From: Seison nebaliae
Taxonomy: Eukaryota
Direction: 5' to 3'
Length of the DNA stretch: 33,589 bases
Assembly: GCA_023231475.1 (NCBI GenBank)
Contig: JALJEE010001167.1
Coordinates: 1 to 33,589 of the forward strand
Shown here in pieces: positions 22,356-33,403 of the stretch. The notes beneath the pieces are model-generated. The model was given only the letters and a program-made list of their open reading frames with translations, was not told the DNA's origin and did not search any database. A program made the translations under genes and the position numbers. Each line of letters begins with the position of its first letter. Position 1 is the first letter of the stretch.

Positions 22356-23949
22356 CATCATCGATTGAAACGAAATACTCGAACTTATATGAAGAAGCAA
22401 TTGGAGAAAGTGAAGAAGTTCTTGAAGAAGATTGATGGGAATTTTAAATTGAAAGAGATTTCGCCCGAAGGAATCACCTGCTCATTTTTCGATATCCATC
22501 TAAAACGACGATTTATTATCAGTGGCCATTTCTACGATTCAAATGTATTTCCCATGTGGTTCTTAGAGGATGGTGATGATGATAAATTAGGAGAATTCCT
22601 CATTTCTTTCACAAAGAATGACGAAAGGAAATCTGATTATGTTTGTCGCGATTATCTTCTTTTTCATGTGTCGTCTTTAATCGAGACATTATATCGAATA
22701 CGAGGTATGGAGGATTGTATAGAGAAAGATAATATTCACCTTCAATCCAAAAATCGGAAGAAACAATCCATTTCAAATTCGATTAATAATAATCCTGATT
22801 CCGGTCGCGATTCATCATCTTCTGAAGATGACGATGACGATGAAGAAGATGATGATGAAATTGTCGGTCACGTCGATAATGTGGATAGTAAGAATGAAGA
22901 ACAAGATGGTACGTCGAGTAGTGATGACACATCCTCCGAATCAGATGACGATGTGATGGATACTGATGTTGATATGATGAATTCAATGATCCATCAGGAA
23001 TTCGTTTCTTCACCATCCGTACAAACCACATCGTCACAAAGACTTTATACGATGTTTGATACATCATCGTCTACTTTGAGTAATTCGTCTTTATTATCAT
23101 CGTCATCATCCAAAACTTCCACAAATACCATCACCACCACCACCACAACAACAACCAAATCGTCCGATGAAGGTACTCGTATTTCCAGTTGTATTATATC
23201 GAAAGCGTTAGAGAAGAAAGTGGCGAATATGGTGAGTGGGAATAAGAAGAAAGTTCGTGGTCCTCAAGCTACCAATCGAATTATGAAAGAAATTAAAGAT
23301 ATATATATGTGCGAAAGTTATCGTTTGAAGGTGTTCGATATCCATATTGAAGATGATGATATATTTCGATGGGAGATCAAATTATTCTGGTTTTTTTTTT
23401 TAATAAAATCTATTTTTCCATTTTTCAAATTCATTTTCTCTTCAAATTCAGTCCCGACAAAGATAGTTCTTTATATGCCGATTTGCAAAAGTTGAAAGAA
23501 AGTGGTGGAGAAGATTCGATCAAATTAGAAATCACTTTTCCAGTTAGTTCATTTTGAATTTGATCAGAAATTTTTTCACTATTTTTCCAGGACGAATTTC
23601 CATTTAAACCGCCTTTCTTTCGAGTTGTTTCACCCGTCCTCTTTCATGGCTACGTACAAAGTGGTGGTGCTCTATGTATGGAAGTCCTGACAGATCAAGG
23701 ATGGTCATCTGCTTATTCGATGGAAGCACTCATCCTCCAAGTCAGTGCCACATTGACCAGAGGTTCCATTTTCTTTTTCTTTTCTTCATTTAATTTTTTC
23801 ATTATTTAAATTTAGGGAAAGCTCATATCAAATTTAATGAATGTCCAAAAATTTGTTATTCGATCGAGAAAGCTCAATCGACATTCAAGAGAATAGTTCG
23901 TATGCACAAATCGGCTGGATGGTATGATCCACCAACCTCATCCGGATAA
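22218..23949 (+). CDS. UBE2Q: Ubiquitin-conjugating enzyme E2 Q family, ~522 aa, 4 exons
   Basis: Exons 22218-23389, 23452-23542, 23591-23762, 23816-23949. Motifs [53 protein letters not shown] and H..GWY.PP..G-stop. Confidence 0.92.
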
Positions 23950-24855
23950 TAATCAACTATCTAAATATGAAATGGGGAAATTTTTATTTATTATAACAAT
24001 GAATCAAATTAACTTATCAAGTAAAACACAAATACTGTTCTTTTGATATCATGTTGAGTTATCATAGGAAATTATCAATCTAACTTTTTTGATCATTCTT
24101 CTGATCATTCTTCTGATTTGATTGTAAGACATATAATTTCTCTTATCGTGGCGAAATACAATATGCGTATACATCGATGAAATTGTCTAGGCATCATCTT
24201 TTTACTTAACCGTCATCTGAAAATCTCATTCAAACTGTTCAAACTCATCTCGATCTAACGGAAAAATAATTCCAGTAAAATTCTGTATTTGCCGTTATTT
24301 TTAATTTTGTTAATAAAAAAATATCATTATCTTCATTTCCCTAATTGCTCATCAACAGCGCAATTATTTTGTGAAACCGATTTTTATCGAAAAATTATTT
24401 TGAATAAATTTTTTCCTCTTTTTTTCCGTCATTATTTTCATCTCCAACTATTTCCTTTACGAATACACATGTAATTTTCGGAAATACTTTATCATTTTTC
24501 AACATTCATTTTTTTTTCATTAATTAAATTTCGACGAAACTTCCATACTTTTATTAACGACTCTTTCATAGTTACTTACCGTTATTAAGTTCTCAATTAG
24601 TCTCAATTCTCAAAATTTAAAAATATTCTTTAAAATTCCAATTTTTAGAGACATAATTCTTATTAATTAAAGAAATATAGTTATATATACAATTAGTACA
24701 ATTAGTAAAACTTGTAAATTATTTATCTTAAATACTCTAACTCACAAGTCTTTGTCAGTAAGTCACAATCTTTAATGATTGTTTTTGATAATTTTTATAG
24801 AATTTTTTAAGAATTTTTTCTACCAAGATAACTTGATTTTCTGGAGACGTTGAGA

Positions 24856-25596
24856 ATGAGAGAATGGGATACAATGAAAGTGTTGGATGAAGAGAATGTT
24901 GAATATTTTCAAAAAATGGATAATATCGGCTTTCTTATTCTCGGACTCTTATGGATATTATTTACAATGGTCATCTGCATAAATTTTATTCCGACGAAAT
25001 TGACACCTAAACAGAAGAAACTCTTTCGTCGCTTGTTAAATATTTTCCTCTTCAATCAAAAATCATTTTAATTAAAACTCATATTTTTTCTGCGCTTCAA
25101 TGTGGAATAAATTTTGTAATTGTTGTCTATCTCCTTTGAATTGTTTAACTGTCAATAATAGTAAGTTGAGAGTAAATGAGAAACGGTCGATCGTATCTCT
25201 AGGTTCGTCGAAAAAGGCAAATGCCGATTATTTAGAAGAACAGTTAACACATCTTCTTTCTCTCTTTCTTCATTATCAATTTGTAGCGAGAAACGTTTAC
25301 TAATACAACGAAGACATAGTTTGGTTGTTGACAACATTCAACATGTCAAAGAGACATTGAGTGATCAAGTGGAGCGTGGTCTAAAACCCTCATTCTCCAA
25401 AGATTCCTTCTATCCTTATCATTTAAGTAATTATGACGAGAATTATGTAAGGTCTTATACTAAAACTCAAAGTTCTATTTACCAAGAGAAGTTTGAGAAT
25501 GAACAAAGTGAAAATGATTCGTATCCACCAACACCGATACCTGATATCAGCATTAATGGTAAACGAATATCTTCCGATATTCATCGAAGTTGTTAA
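24856..25596 (+). CDS. Orphan single-pass membrane protein, 3 exons (~189-212 aa)
   Basis: Exons 24856-25034, 25162 (or 25093)-25242 and 25287-25596 join in frame; TM segment IGFLILGLLWILFTMVICINFI. Confidence 0.55.
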
Positions 25597-25677
25597 GTCA
25601 ATTCATATGTCGATGAAACTGAATTTTAAAAAGAATGTAAGTAATTCTCATATTTTATAGAATAAAATAAATTCAAA

Positions 25678-26013
25678 TTATTCTTTAGTAGTTTCATTTT
25701 GACGTTTATGTAATTTTCTCAATTGATTTAAAAGTAATCGAGAAATGACCGAAGGGAAAACTTTCTTTTTTTCGTCTTTTCTCTTTTTACCTATTCCCAT
25801 AATCGCCAACTGTTTATTCAATTGTGCCATACTCTTATAAAGATCCTTTTCCATCTCTCTTATCGTATCACCATTTCTCTCAATCGCTTTTCTTTGTTCT
25901 CTCACTGACCGTCGAAAAATATCGATTTCTTCTCGAATCGCTTCTTTCTCATCTTTCTTATTTTGTGAAGTAAATACAAACAAAATTTTTTCAGTATAAA
26001 ACGTCTTTTTCAT
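25678..26013 (-). CDS. Hypothetical coiled-coil protein (~111 aa)
   Basis: ORF from ATG 26013 with heptad-like charged helix; no family recognised. Confidence 0.45.
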   Translation of the reverse strand: MKKTFYTEKILFVFTSQNKKDEKEAIREEIDIFRRSVREQRKAIERNGDTIREMEKDLYKSMAQLNKQLAIMGIGKKRKDEKKKVFPSVISRLLLNQLRKLHKRQNETTKE

Positions 26014-26310
26014 TTTGATGAGAATTGAGTTTTTCTCTAATTCAATTTTGACTTTTCTTCCAAAATTTCTTCCAAATTCAATTTCCAATTTTCTTTTAAA
26101 ATTTCCTCAAAAATATATTTACTAAACTATAATAGTAAATCTAACTATTAAACTATTTTAATTGTTCATCGGAGAAAATATGGAGAAAATATGGAGAAAT
26201 TTTAAACAATTTAATTTCGAAATTTATCCGTTAATGGAATTGTTATAAATAAATTTGGGAGAAAAGAAGAATTTTTATAGACAAAAACAATTTAAATTTT
26301 ATCTCAAAAT

Positions 26311-28409
26311 TCAAAATTTCATTTTTTTTATTATATCATCATCCGTTTTATCGTGCTTCATATTTTTCCGTTTGTTCTGATCCTTCGTTCGATTGTTGAT
26401 AGAATCTTTAACAGACTTTTCGATTTCATCGAAGAATTTCGTCGATTTGAGATTGTCGATTTTTTTATTAGTTTGTCTCCTCGAATTTTTCGCTTGTTCT
26501 CTTTCTTCTTCTTTCGCTTTCTTCTTTCCGAAACTTTTCTTCTTTATTCGAAGTATTTTTTTCTTCTCTTGACGATTTAATTCGCTCTTCGATTTCAGAT
26601 TTTTTTTCTCATGTGATCGAACTTCTTCCGGTGCCAACACGTCTTGAATAGCGAAAGTTGTTGGTAATTTTTCTTCCATTCGAATTGAAGACACATTTTT
26701 GAGAACTTTCATTTCTTCTTCTTTCGGTTTAGGAGTGAAATGGAAATGAGACAATTTGTCCAAATCTCGGAAGATTTCGTTGAGTTCTTTCTCCAAATCT
26801 TTATGAACTTTTTTCTTCTGTAATTTCTTTAAAAATAATTAATTAAAAAAAAATTTAAAATTATAATTTATTCGAACTAATTCATTATCTTCTTTACCGA
26901 ATTTCTCATTGAGATAATCTTCCTCGTAAATTTCTGCTAATGATCTCGTTGATTGAGATTGATCCAGAATCATCTTCTCCTTCAACTTCACTCGATTAGC
27001 TTCACTGCTCAATATTTTTCTTTCTCCATCGTCAAATAACTGAAAAGAGAATTGAGAAAAGAAATGGAAAAGTGAATGAAAATGAACATTGTCCGCAATT
27101 CGTCGACAAATAATTTCTTCGATTTGACTCGTGTCAATAATTGTCTCTAAATTAGATTTGGTTGAATTAGTTTGATCGAAATCCAGATGTTCCTGAAGAA
27201 GAGAATTATCTTCTCGCTCATTCGAAGTGACTTCACCTTTCAATTGCCATGAAACATTCTGACGATTATCCAACATTTCCTCTTCAATTCGTTTCATATG
27301 TTCTTCTAACGATCCCTGCTCCTTATTGTATAACGTTTTATTAATAAAATGACTTTCTTCTTTTTTCTCATCATCATCTTCTTCTTCTTCTTCTTCCTTC
27401 AACTCATTCGATTCAATCAAATCTTCTTCATTTTCTTCGTCGTCTCCTTCTGATTCATCGTCAATAAATCGAACTTTCTTCTTATCCTTTTTCTCACTTC
27501 CGAAAAAGTCTTCGTAATGATAATCCGTTTCTTCTTCCTCTACTCCAAATTCTTCATTTTCATCATCGAACAAATTTTCCGAATCCATTTTCATCAATTT
27601 CCCAAGATCTTCGTTTGTCATATCGGCTAGTCGTTCCATTTGATCCAGATTGAAAAAATCATTTCCTTCTTTTTTTCCATTTAAAATTTCAAATAAATTT
27701 TTATTATTTTTCTCATCATCATCATCATCAATATTTTCTAGTATTTCATCATCATCTTCATCCAATTCTATTTTCACAGCATCTTCGTCTTCTTCTAGTT
27801 CATCTAATTCTATTTTAATATCATCATCTTCTTCTTCATCAGTTCCGTTTTCATCATCATCATCATCTTCTTCTCCTTCATTTAATTCTATTTTAATATC
27901 ATTAATTCCGTTTTCAATATCGTCGTCATCATCAACAGTTTGATTCTCGATATTATTATTAAGTACATCTTTTTCATCATCAGTTTCGTCCTCTTCATTA
28001 TCGTTCGATTTAATTTTATTTCGGTGATTATTTAAAGAATTTCCTTTGGGAGAATTTCGAAATTTTTCAAATAAAATCTTCTTCAAATCGTTGTCGTGAA
28101 GAGAAAGTAATTGGTGAATGGAATCCAAATTTAATTCCTTCTCAATCTTCTCGTAGATGTGAGTTGTGCACATCGCCAATTGTAAGTGAAGAGATTCATT
28201 ATCGATGAATTTGTTCCTCCCAATCACTTTAATCAATTCACTATAATCTTTATTGTGGATGAATTCTTCTTTCTTCTGAAGTAATTGTTCGAATAATTCA
28301 CCCAATATCTTATTACTGAAGAGGAAGAATAAAATTATAATAAGAAATTATTCATTAACATTTCATTTTTGGTCGAAAGATCGATTTTTTCATTTGTTAA
28401 TAGTTCCAT
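26311..28409 (-). CDS. MPHOSPH10: U3 snoRNP protein Mpp10, ~651 aa, 4 exons
   Basis: Exons 28409-28360, 28315-27088, 27039-26878, 26826-26311. Motifs FFNLDQME, WQLKGEVT..R..NSLLQEHLDFD, SLAEIYEEDY, LDKLSHFHFTPKP, MEEKLP and LAPEEV. Confidence 0.92.
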
Positions 28410-28426
28410 TCGTCTTCTCAATTTAT

Positions 28427-28432
28427 CACGTG
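28427..28432. promoter_or_regulatory. Canonical E-box CACGTG just upstream of the MPP10 ATG
   Basis: tCACGTGc in ~80% AT context next to the start of a ribosome-biogenesis gene. Confidence 0.4.
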
Positions 28433-28689
28433 CATCATCTCATAATAATCCTTATAAGCTTAAATTTTGAATTTTTTATCATGAAATTTTTGAAAATTAT
28501 CATTGTTCTTTTCTCTTTCATAAGCTACTGCGTGGCGGATGACTAAATTTTTATCATTAAACTGATTTTTTACATTAAATTTATTTTGTCAAATTTACCA
28601 ATTAATAATAATTTCTTGTCAACTACTTCATTGTTAATGGAAAAATATTTTATTTTCGAATCTCTTTCATTATCTCATATAAAACTGAT

Positions 28690-29775
28690 TCATAATCTAC
28701 ATCTCCTAAGGAATTTAGACAATCGAGATCTCCGATGAATAATATTCGAAATTTCTGTTATTGATAAAATTTTACGAGCCGCCGTCGATCGATATAACGA
28801 CGTGTCTAACGTTGTCAATTGTCGAGGATGATAGACTTGTTCAGTTACTGTTTCAATTGGGGTGAATGGAGTTGGTTCTCTAGAACTTTTCCATTTTTCA
28901 TTAACTTTTATTTTCCCAGAGAGACGACTCATTAAACTTTTCGGTTTCTTCAACATTTCTAATAATTTCTTACTATTCTTTCGCTTTACTATTTTGGACA
29001 TGATAAATCTTTTCAAATTTTTTTCTTTATCCGTTTCATCCACAAAATATTCTTCATCCGTTTTCATCGATTCATCACTACTCTCATCATTCAAATTATT
29101 CTCTGGGAAAAATTTACTGAAATTTATCGCATTTTTTGTCATCGATTCTTCAGAGAAAACTTGATTAGTTGTGGAACGTGGATATGATCTAAATGAGAAA
29201 CGATCATCTGAATCATCAAAACGATCAGTGAAATTGAATTCGGTAGATTCTTTCAGACGATATGGTTTTTCAGTTAAATTAGTTGTCAAAGTTTCATCAG
29301 AAAAATATCGAGTATTCTTTTTTAAATTCTCTCCATTACATTTAATTGATTTGATAATTAATTCGATCACATCAAAAGTGAAATCCATACCACCATACAG
29401 AAATAAGACACAATAAGAGAGTTTGAACAGGAAATAAAATCTGGTGTGAAAGTGGAAAGACTTTACAAAATATTCGAACATCGTCAAAAGAATGACGAAT
29501 ATCCAGTTTTTGAGGAGATGTGCCGGTTTGGAAGTAATCCAAAAACCGAATACATATTTGCATGTCCTATTCACTAGCACGATGAGTACACCAATATTTA
29601 ATATCAAGTTAAAAAGAGTGGAGAAATCAATGTTGTCTTCTTTATCTGAATACAATTCTTTTCCCATTGATTTATTTTCATCGAACCATTTGTTCCCCTT
29701 GTCGAGTTTTGAGTAGTCTATTGGACTTTCGGGTATAACTGGCGGAAAGCCAAAGATCGATTCGAAAAAGTTCAT
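28690..29775 (-). CDS. Membrane protein, possibly divergent REEP/TB2-DP1-HVA22 family, 361 aa
   Basis: Intact ORF with two hydrophobic segments. NWIFVILLTMFE...RFYFLFKL resembles the REEP YW.V...E...PFY..K pattern; long charged C-terminal tail. Confidence 0.6.
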   Translation of the reverse strand: MNFFESIFGFPPVIPESPIDYSKLDKGNKWFDENKSMGKELYSDKEDNIDFSTLFNLILNIGVLIVLVNRTCKYVFGFWITSKPAHLLKNWIFVILLTMFEYFVKSFHFHTRFYFLFKLSYCVLFLYGGMDFTFDVIELIIKSIKCNGENLKKNTRYFSDETLTTNLTEKPYRLKESTEFNFTDRFDDSDDRFSFRSYPRSTTNQVFSEESMTKNAINFSKFFPENNLNDESSDESMKTDEEYFVDETDKEKNLKRFIMSKIVKRKNSKKLLEMLKKPKSLMSRLSGKIKVNEKWKSSREPTPFTPIETVTEQVYHPRQLTTLDTSLYRSTAARKILSITEISNIIHRRSRLSKFLRRCRL

Positions 29776-30124
29776 TGAGAGAATGGGTTCAAAGCAGAAT
29801 GAAACGTAACATAACTTAAAATTGAATTCGTTTCAAAGTTTTCGTTAAAGTAAAACTAATGTTAAATGGATTTGGATTTCATCTGCTTTTCATCGTTCAA
29901 TCAATTCACATTCTCTCAATAATCCAATTAAAACGATTCGTCCTTAATCGTTGTTGTGAGAGAATTTTTTCTTACCGTGCACCAAATGTGCACGGGAAAT
30001 GCATCTCTCTCATCCGAATTCAACTGATTAATTGAAAATACAATTTTAAATTGTATAGGAGAAAAATATATTAAAAAATTAAAATTCTTGTTTATGAAAA
30101 TTATTCAGAATAACATTGGTCGCT

Positions 30125-31953
30125 TCATTTTTGAAGAATTCCATCAGAAACGCGGACAGGATAAATATTGTCGTCCGAAGCAATGGAGCGATCACTGTAA
30201 CTGCGACGGATAACAGGCGGTTGTGTATTTCCGACGGTTCCAAGAACATGAGATGAAAGAGCTCTATGCAAATATTTTCCACCAAAATTTCTCACCACCG
30301 TACGAACTGGTGTAATCGTTTCTGATTGATGATGTACAAAGACATGTGAAGATAAGCGAGATAGAATTGGAAACTTTTCACTTCGATTGAACATTTCGCC
30401 ATGATTACGAGAAGAACAATAAAAGTAAGTAAGAGAATGAACGTCCAGAGCATCGTATAAGTCAGAAATCGGAGATTAAGTTTCTTCTTCCGAATACAAG
30501 TTAACATGCCGACGGCTTTAAATGGAAAGAGTTTCGGAGAAATATAAGTTAAGAAACATTGAACTATGACTGCGGACGGAGATGTGTGACTTAATTCTTT
30601 CTCTGAGAACATGAATAATACTGTGATGCCAAATTTCGAAGGACATTTTAGGAGAATATTTATGGACAATGGCCAATATTCTAGGATAGAATATTTCCAT
30701 AAAAAAATTATATTCTATTTTATCGAATCGACTGTTTTTCTTCCTTGTTACAAACACGTCCAATCTAAGGGGAATGATATCTAGTTGATCTGCCAGTGTA
30801 TCTATCATAGAAGTGATGAGCTTGAAAAGAATACACAAGAAATGCACAAAATTATTATGAGTAATTTACTCTAACAATGTTCTTAATATTCGTTCCAAGA
30901 TTACCATTATAAATGAGAGTTCCCGTTTGATGAAAATGAATAACGAAATTTTCTCCGTGTTCAAAACTTGTAGTTAAGACCTATCGATGTTTTGTATCTT
31001 TTTCTGGTTTGGAAGTAAAATGAATAATAACTTTCTTACATCGATCCTAAACAATTGAATGAATGAGAGAAGTGATTCATTCAGAATGAATTTTGGAATA
31101 AACCTTTATAAATTCTCTTCGAGGTATTATTAAAGAAAAATTATTTTAGACGAAATCAACAACTAACATTGCATGAAAATGTTTAGGCCGCGACTAGAAT
31201 GATTCATCAAATTTTATGGTAAATGTAAGAAGGAACTTTCCAATTCGTCGTATGTTGAATGACGGAGAAGTTGGAATTATAAATATGATTAGCAGGTCCC
31301 CCATACACATCTGATGGAGTACTCACATAGATAACACAAGGAATGATTCTATATTTAGAGTTCCTATAAAACCAGGCAACTATTTTGACTTCATCTTAAA
31401 AAGAAATTTGAAATTTTCAATTGAAATCGTATTGAACTTATAGTCCTTCGATTTTCATAGAAAACCGAAGAGGAAACATTATAATGATTGAAGATATTAT
31501 ATGGTTTAATATCGCAATGGACTTCTCTCCTACCATAAATCTAAAAATTTGATGGAATATCTTCTCATTAATGATTAAATAACAAATGAGAATTAACTGA
31601 ATCACCATAAACTCTCACTTCCAAAATAGAAGTTCCGCATCCTTCACATTTATTAAGAGCAACATGTAACCGTATTCTATAAATGAGGAACGTGAAAACA
31701 TGTTCACATTCCAACAAATCTACCAACATATGAGTACAAGTTGTGGAGTTTATAGGCAGAGTTTTATGGATACATGGTCTTATATCTCTAAATGGAATAA
31801 TGATAGTATCATGAATAAATCGTTCACCATTTGATGATTGAGTGTTCAGAATAAGAATATTCAATAATGCTAACAGAAAAACTGATGTTCGTTAGAGCAC
31901 TGACGAAGGAGAAATTTTCAACTTTTTAAAATAATTAATAATTTAGTAATCAT
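30125..31953 (-). CDS. Orphan type-I membrane protein (signal peptide, Cys-containing ectodomain, one TM, cytoplasmic tail), ~438 aa, ~11 exons
   Basis: Exons 31953-31923, 31869-31598, 31540-31438, 31394-31237, 31193-31168, 31116-31104, 31046-31032, 30980-30876, 30820-30565, 30515-30375, 30321-30125 join in frame through ten 43-57 nt GTT..AG introns. N-terminus MITKLLIILKTLLNILIL; TM FLTYTMLWTFILLLTFIVLLVIM. Confidence 0.6.
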
Positions 31954-33403
31954 TCGAATAATATTAATGATATTATTAGCGAATAACCTTAAGATAAATA
32001 AATAATGAAATGAAAATTCAAAGGCAAATTAATTCGAAATGTTTTTTTTATATTTATTATATTTCCTTCCCCAAATTTTAGACGGAGGAACAGTATTATT
32101 TGATGAGCAGAATGAAAAACTTAAAAATAAAGACAATAAGTTGTTAATGATTTAATTAATGATTATTAATTATACGGTGATTTAGCCAAGGATAATATCC
32201 AAATTGGATTCTGCGAACGTACATCTATTTTATAGATAGGAATTTATAAGCTGGTATTGTCTACGTAAAAGACGATTATGATTATTGGTCTCGTAGGTTG
32301 AGGCTCGTAATATTAATCGAGGGTCTTCAATTAAGTTTAACAATCCTGTGAATAAAAAAACTTGCGGAAGCACAATTGTTTTGTAAAGAATTTTATTTCG
32401 ATAAGTTTTTGAGGTGAAAAGGTAAGGTACGTTCTGGTAAAGTAAAGTAAGTAATTTAATATGTATATAAGTTAAAATATCGAGAGCAACTAATGTAAAC
32501 GTTTGATAGGTAATTATGTTAATGACCTGTGTCCGTGTTTACATGAGTTCACATCGACTGTAAGACACTTAAGTTGTCAATGATAAGGAAAATAGATAAA
32601 CATGAAAGATAAATAACGGAAGATTGATGATGAAATGTTCCTTATAATTAAGATAGGATTGATTGAGTTAAAATTGTTGACAATAACATTATAGATTCTA
32701 AACAGTAATGCCGTTACGACTTCATTATCAGGTGATGATGTACAATTCGTACTTTAGTCATTTTTAGCCAAAAAGTCATTTTTTTTAGTCTTAACAGAGC
32801 GTTAAGAAAATGAAGCAATTAAGTTCTGTTCTAGGAGAAATAGTCGACTGTATGAAAAACCACGAGAAGAGAGTGGATGTCATTTCGATGCCTCTAGGAG
32901 ACCCTTAGTAGGGGTAGAATAAAGAGAAGAAATACCTATTTAACGTTTATAAGATAATCACATCTTTTTTTGATTTTATATCATTAGATTTTCTTATTTC
33001 TATATTCAGAACAATCTATATGTAATGGCTGAAACGTGCAATAACAATATCACGAATGATTAATGTGAACTTAATGTTATCAAACGGATCCTGGCAGCTA
33101 GTATCAACATCGACGTTGCCAATCGAGTTCTGGTGGACTCTTAATTATTTAGTCACGCCATTCTCCTGATGAGTAAACCTTAATCACCAAAATTTAAGGA
33201 AGATGTTTTAGGAACAGGCATGTGAATAACCTACATGTTGACAGAACTTCTGATCGAGTGCACTATAGTGCTCGGGAAACGAACACGAACAAAATGTATT
33301 TTTTACGTACAAAAATTTTGAAGTCTGGAATTTGAGAAACAAGTGTTTCGCGAAATTCCTATACATTGGTCGTCTGAATTTGTACGTACATTCTATCTAC
33401 ATT

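Noticed and set aside
24030..24580. Gene on - strand between UBE2Q and the TM orphan
   Set aside because: Only short stop-interrupted frames; no consistent exon chain found.
29975..29995. Helitron 3' hairpin (CCGTGCAC-5nt-GTGCACGG)
   Set aside because: No CTRR terminus at the expected distance and no other element features.
30981..30983. In-frame TAG suggesting a pseudogene or stop-codon reassignment
   Set aside because: It is the acceptor of a 51-nt GTT..TAG intron; TAA and TGA end genes normally and no conserved gene needs recoding.
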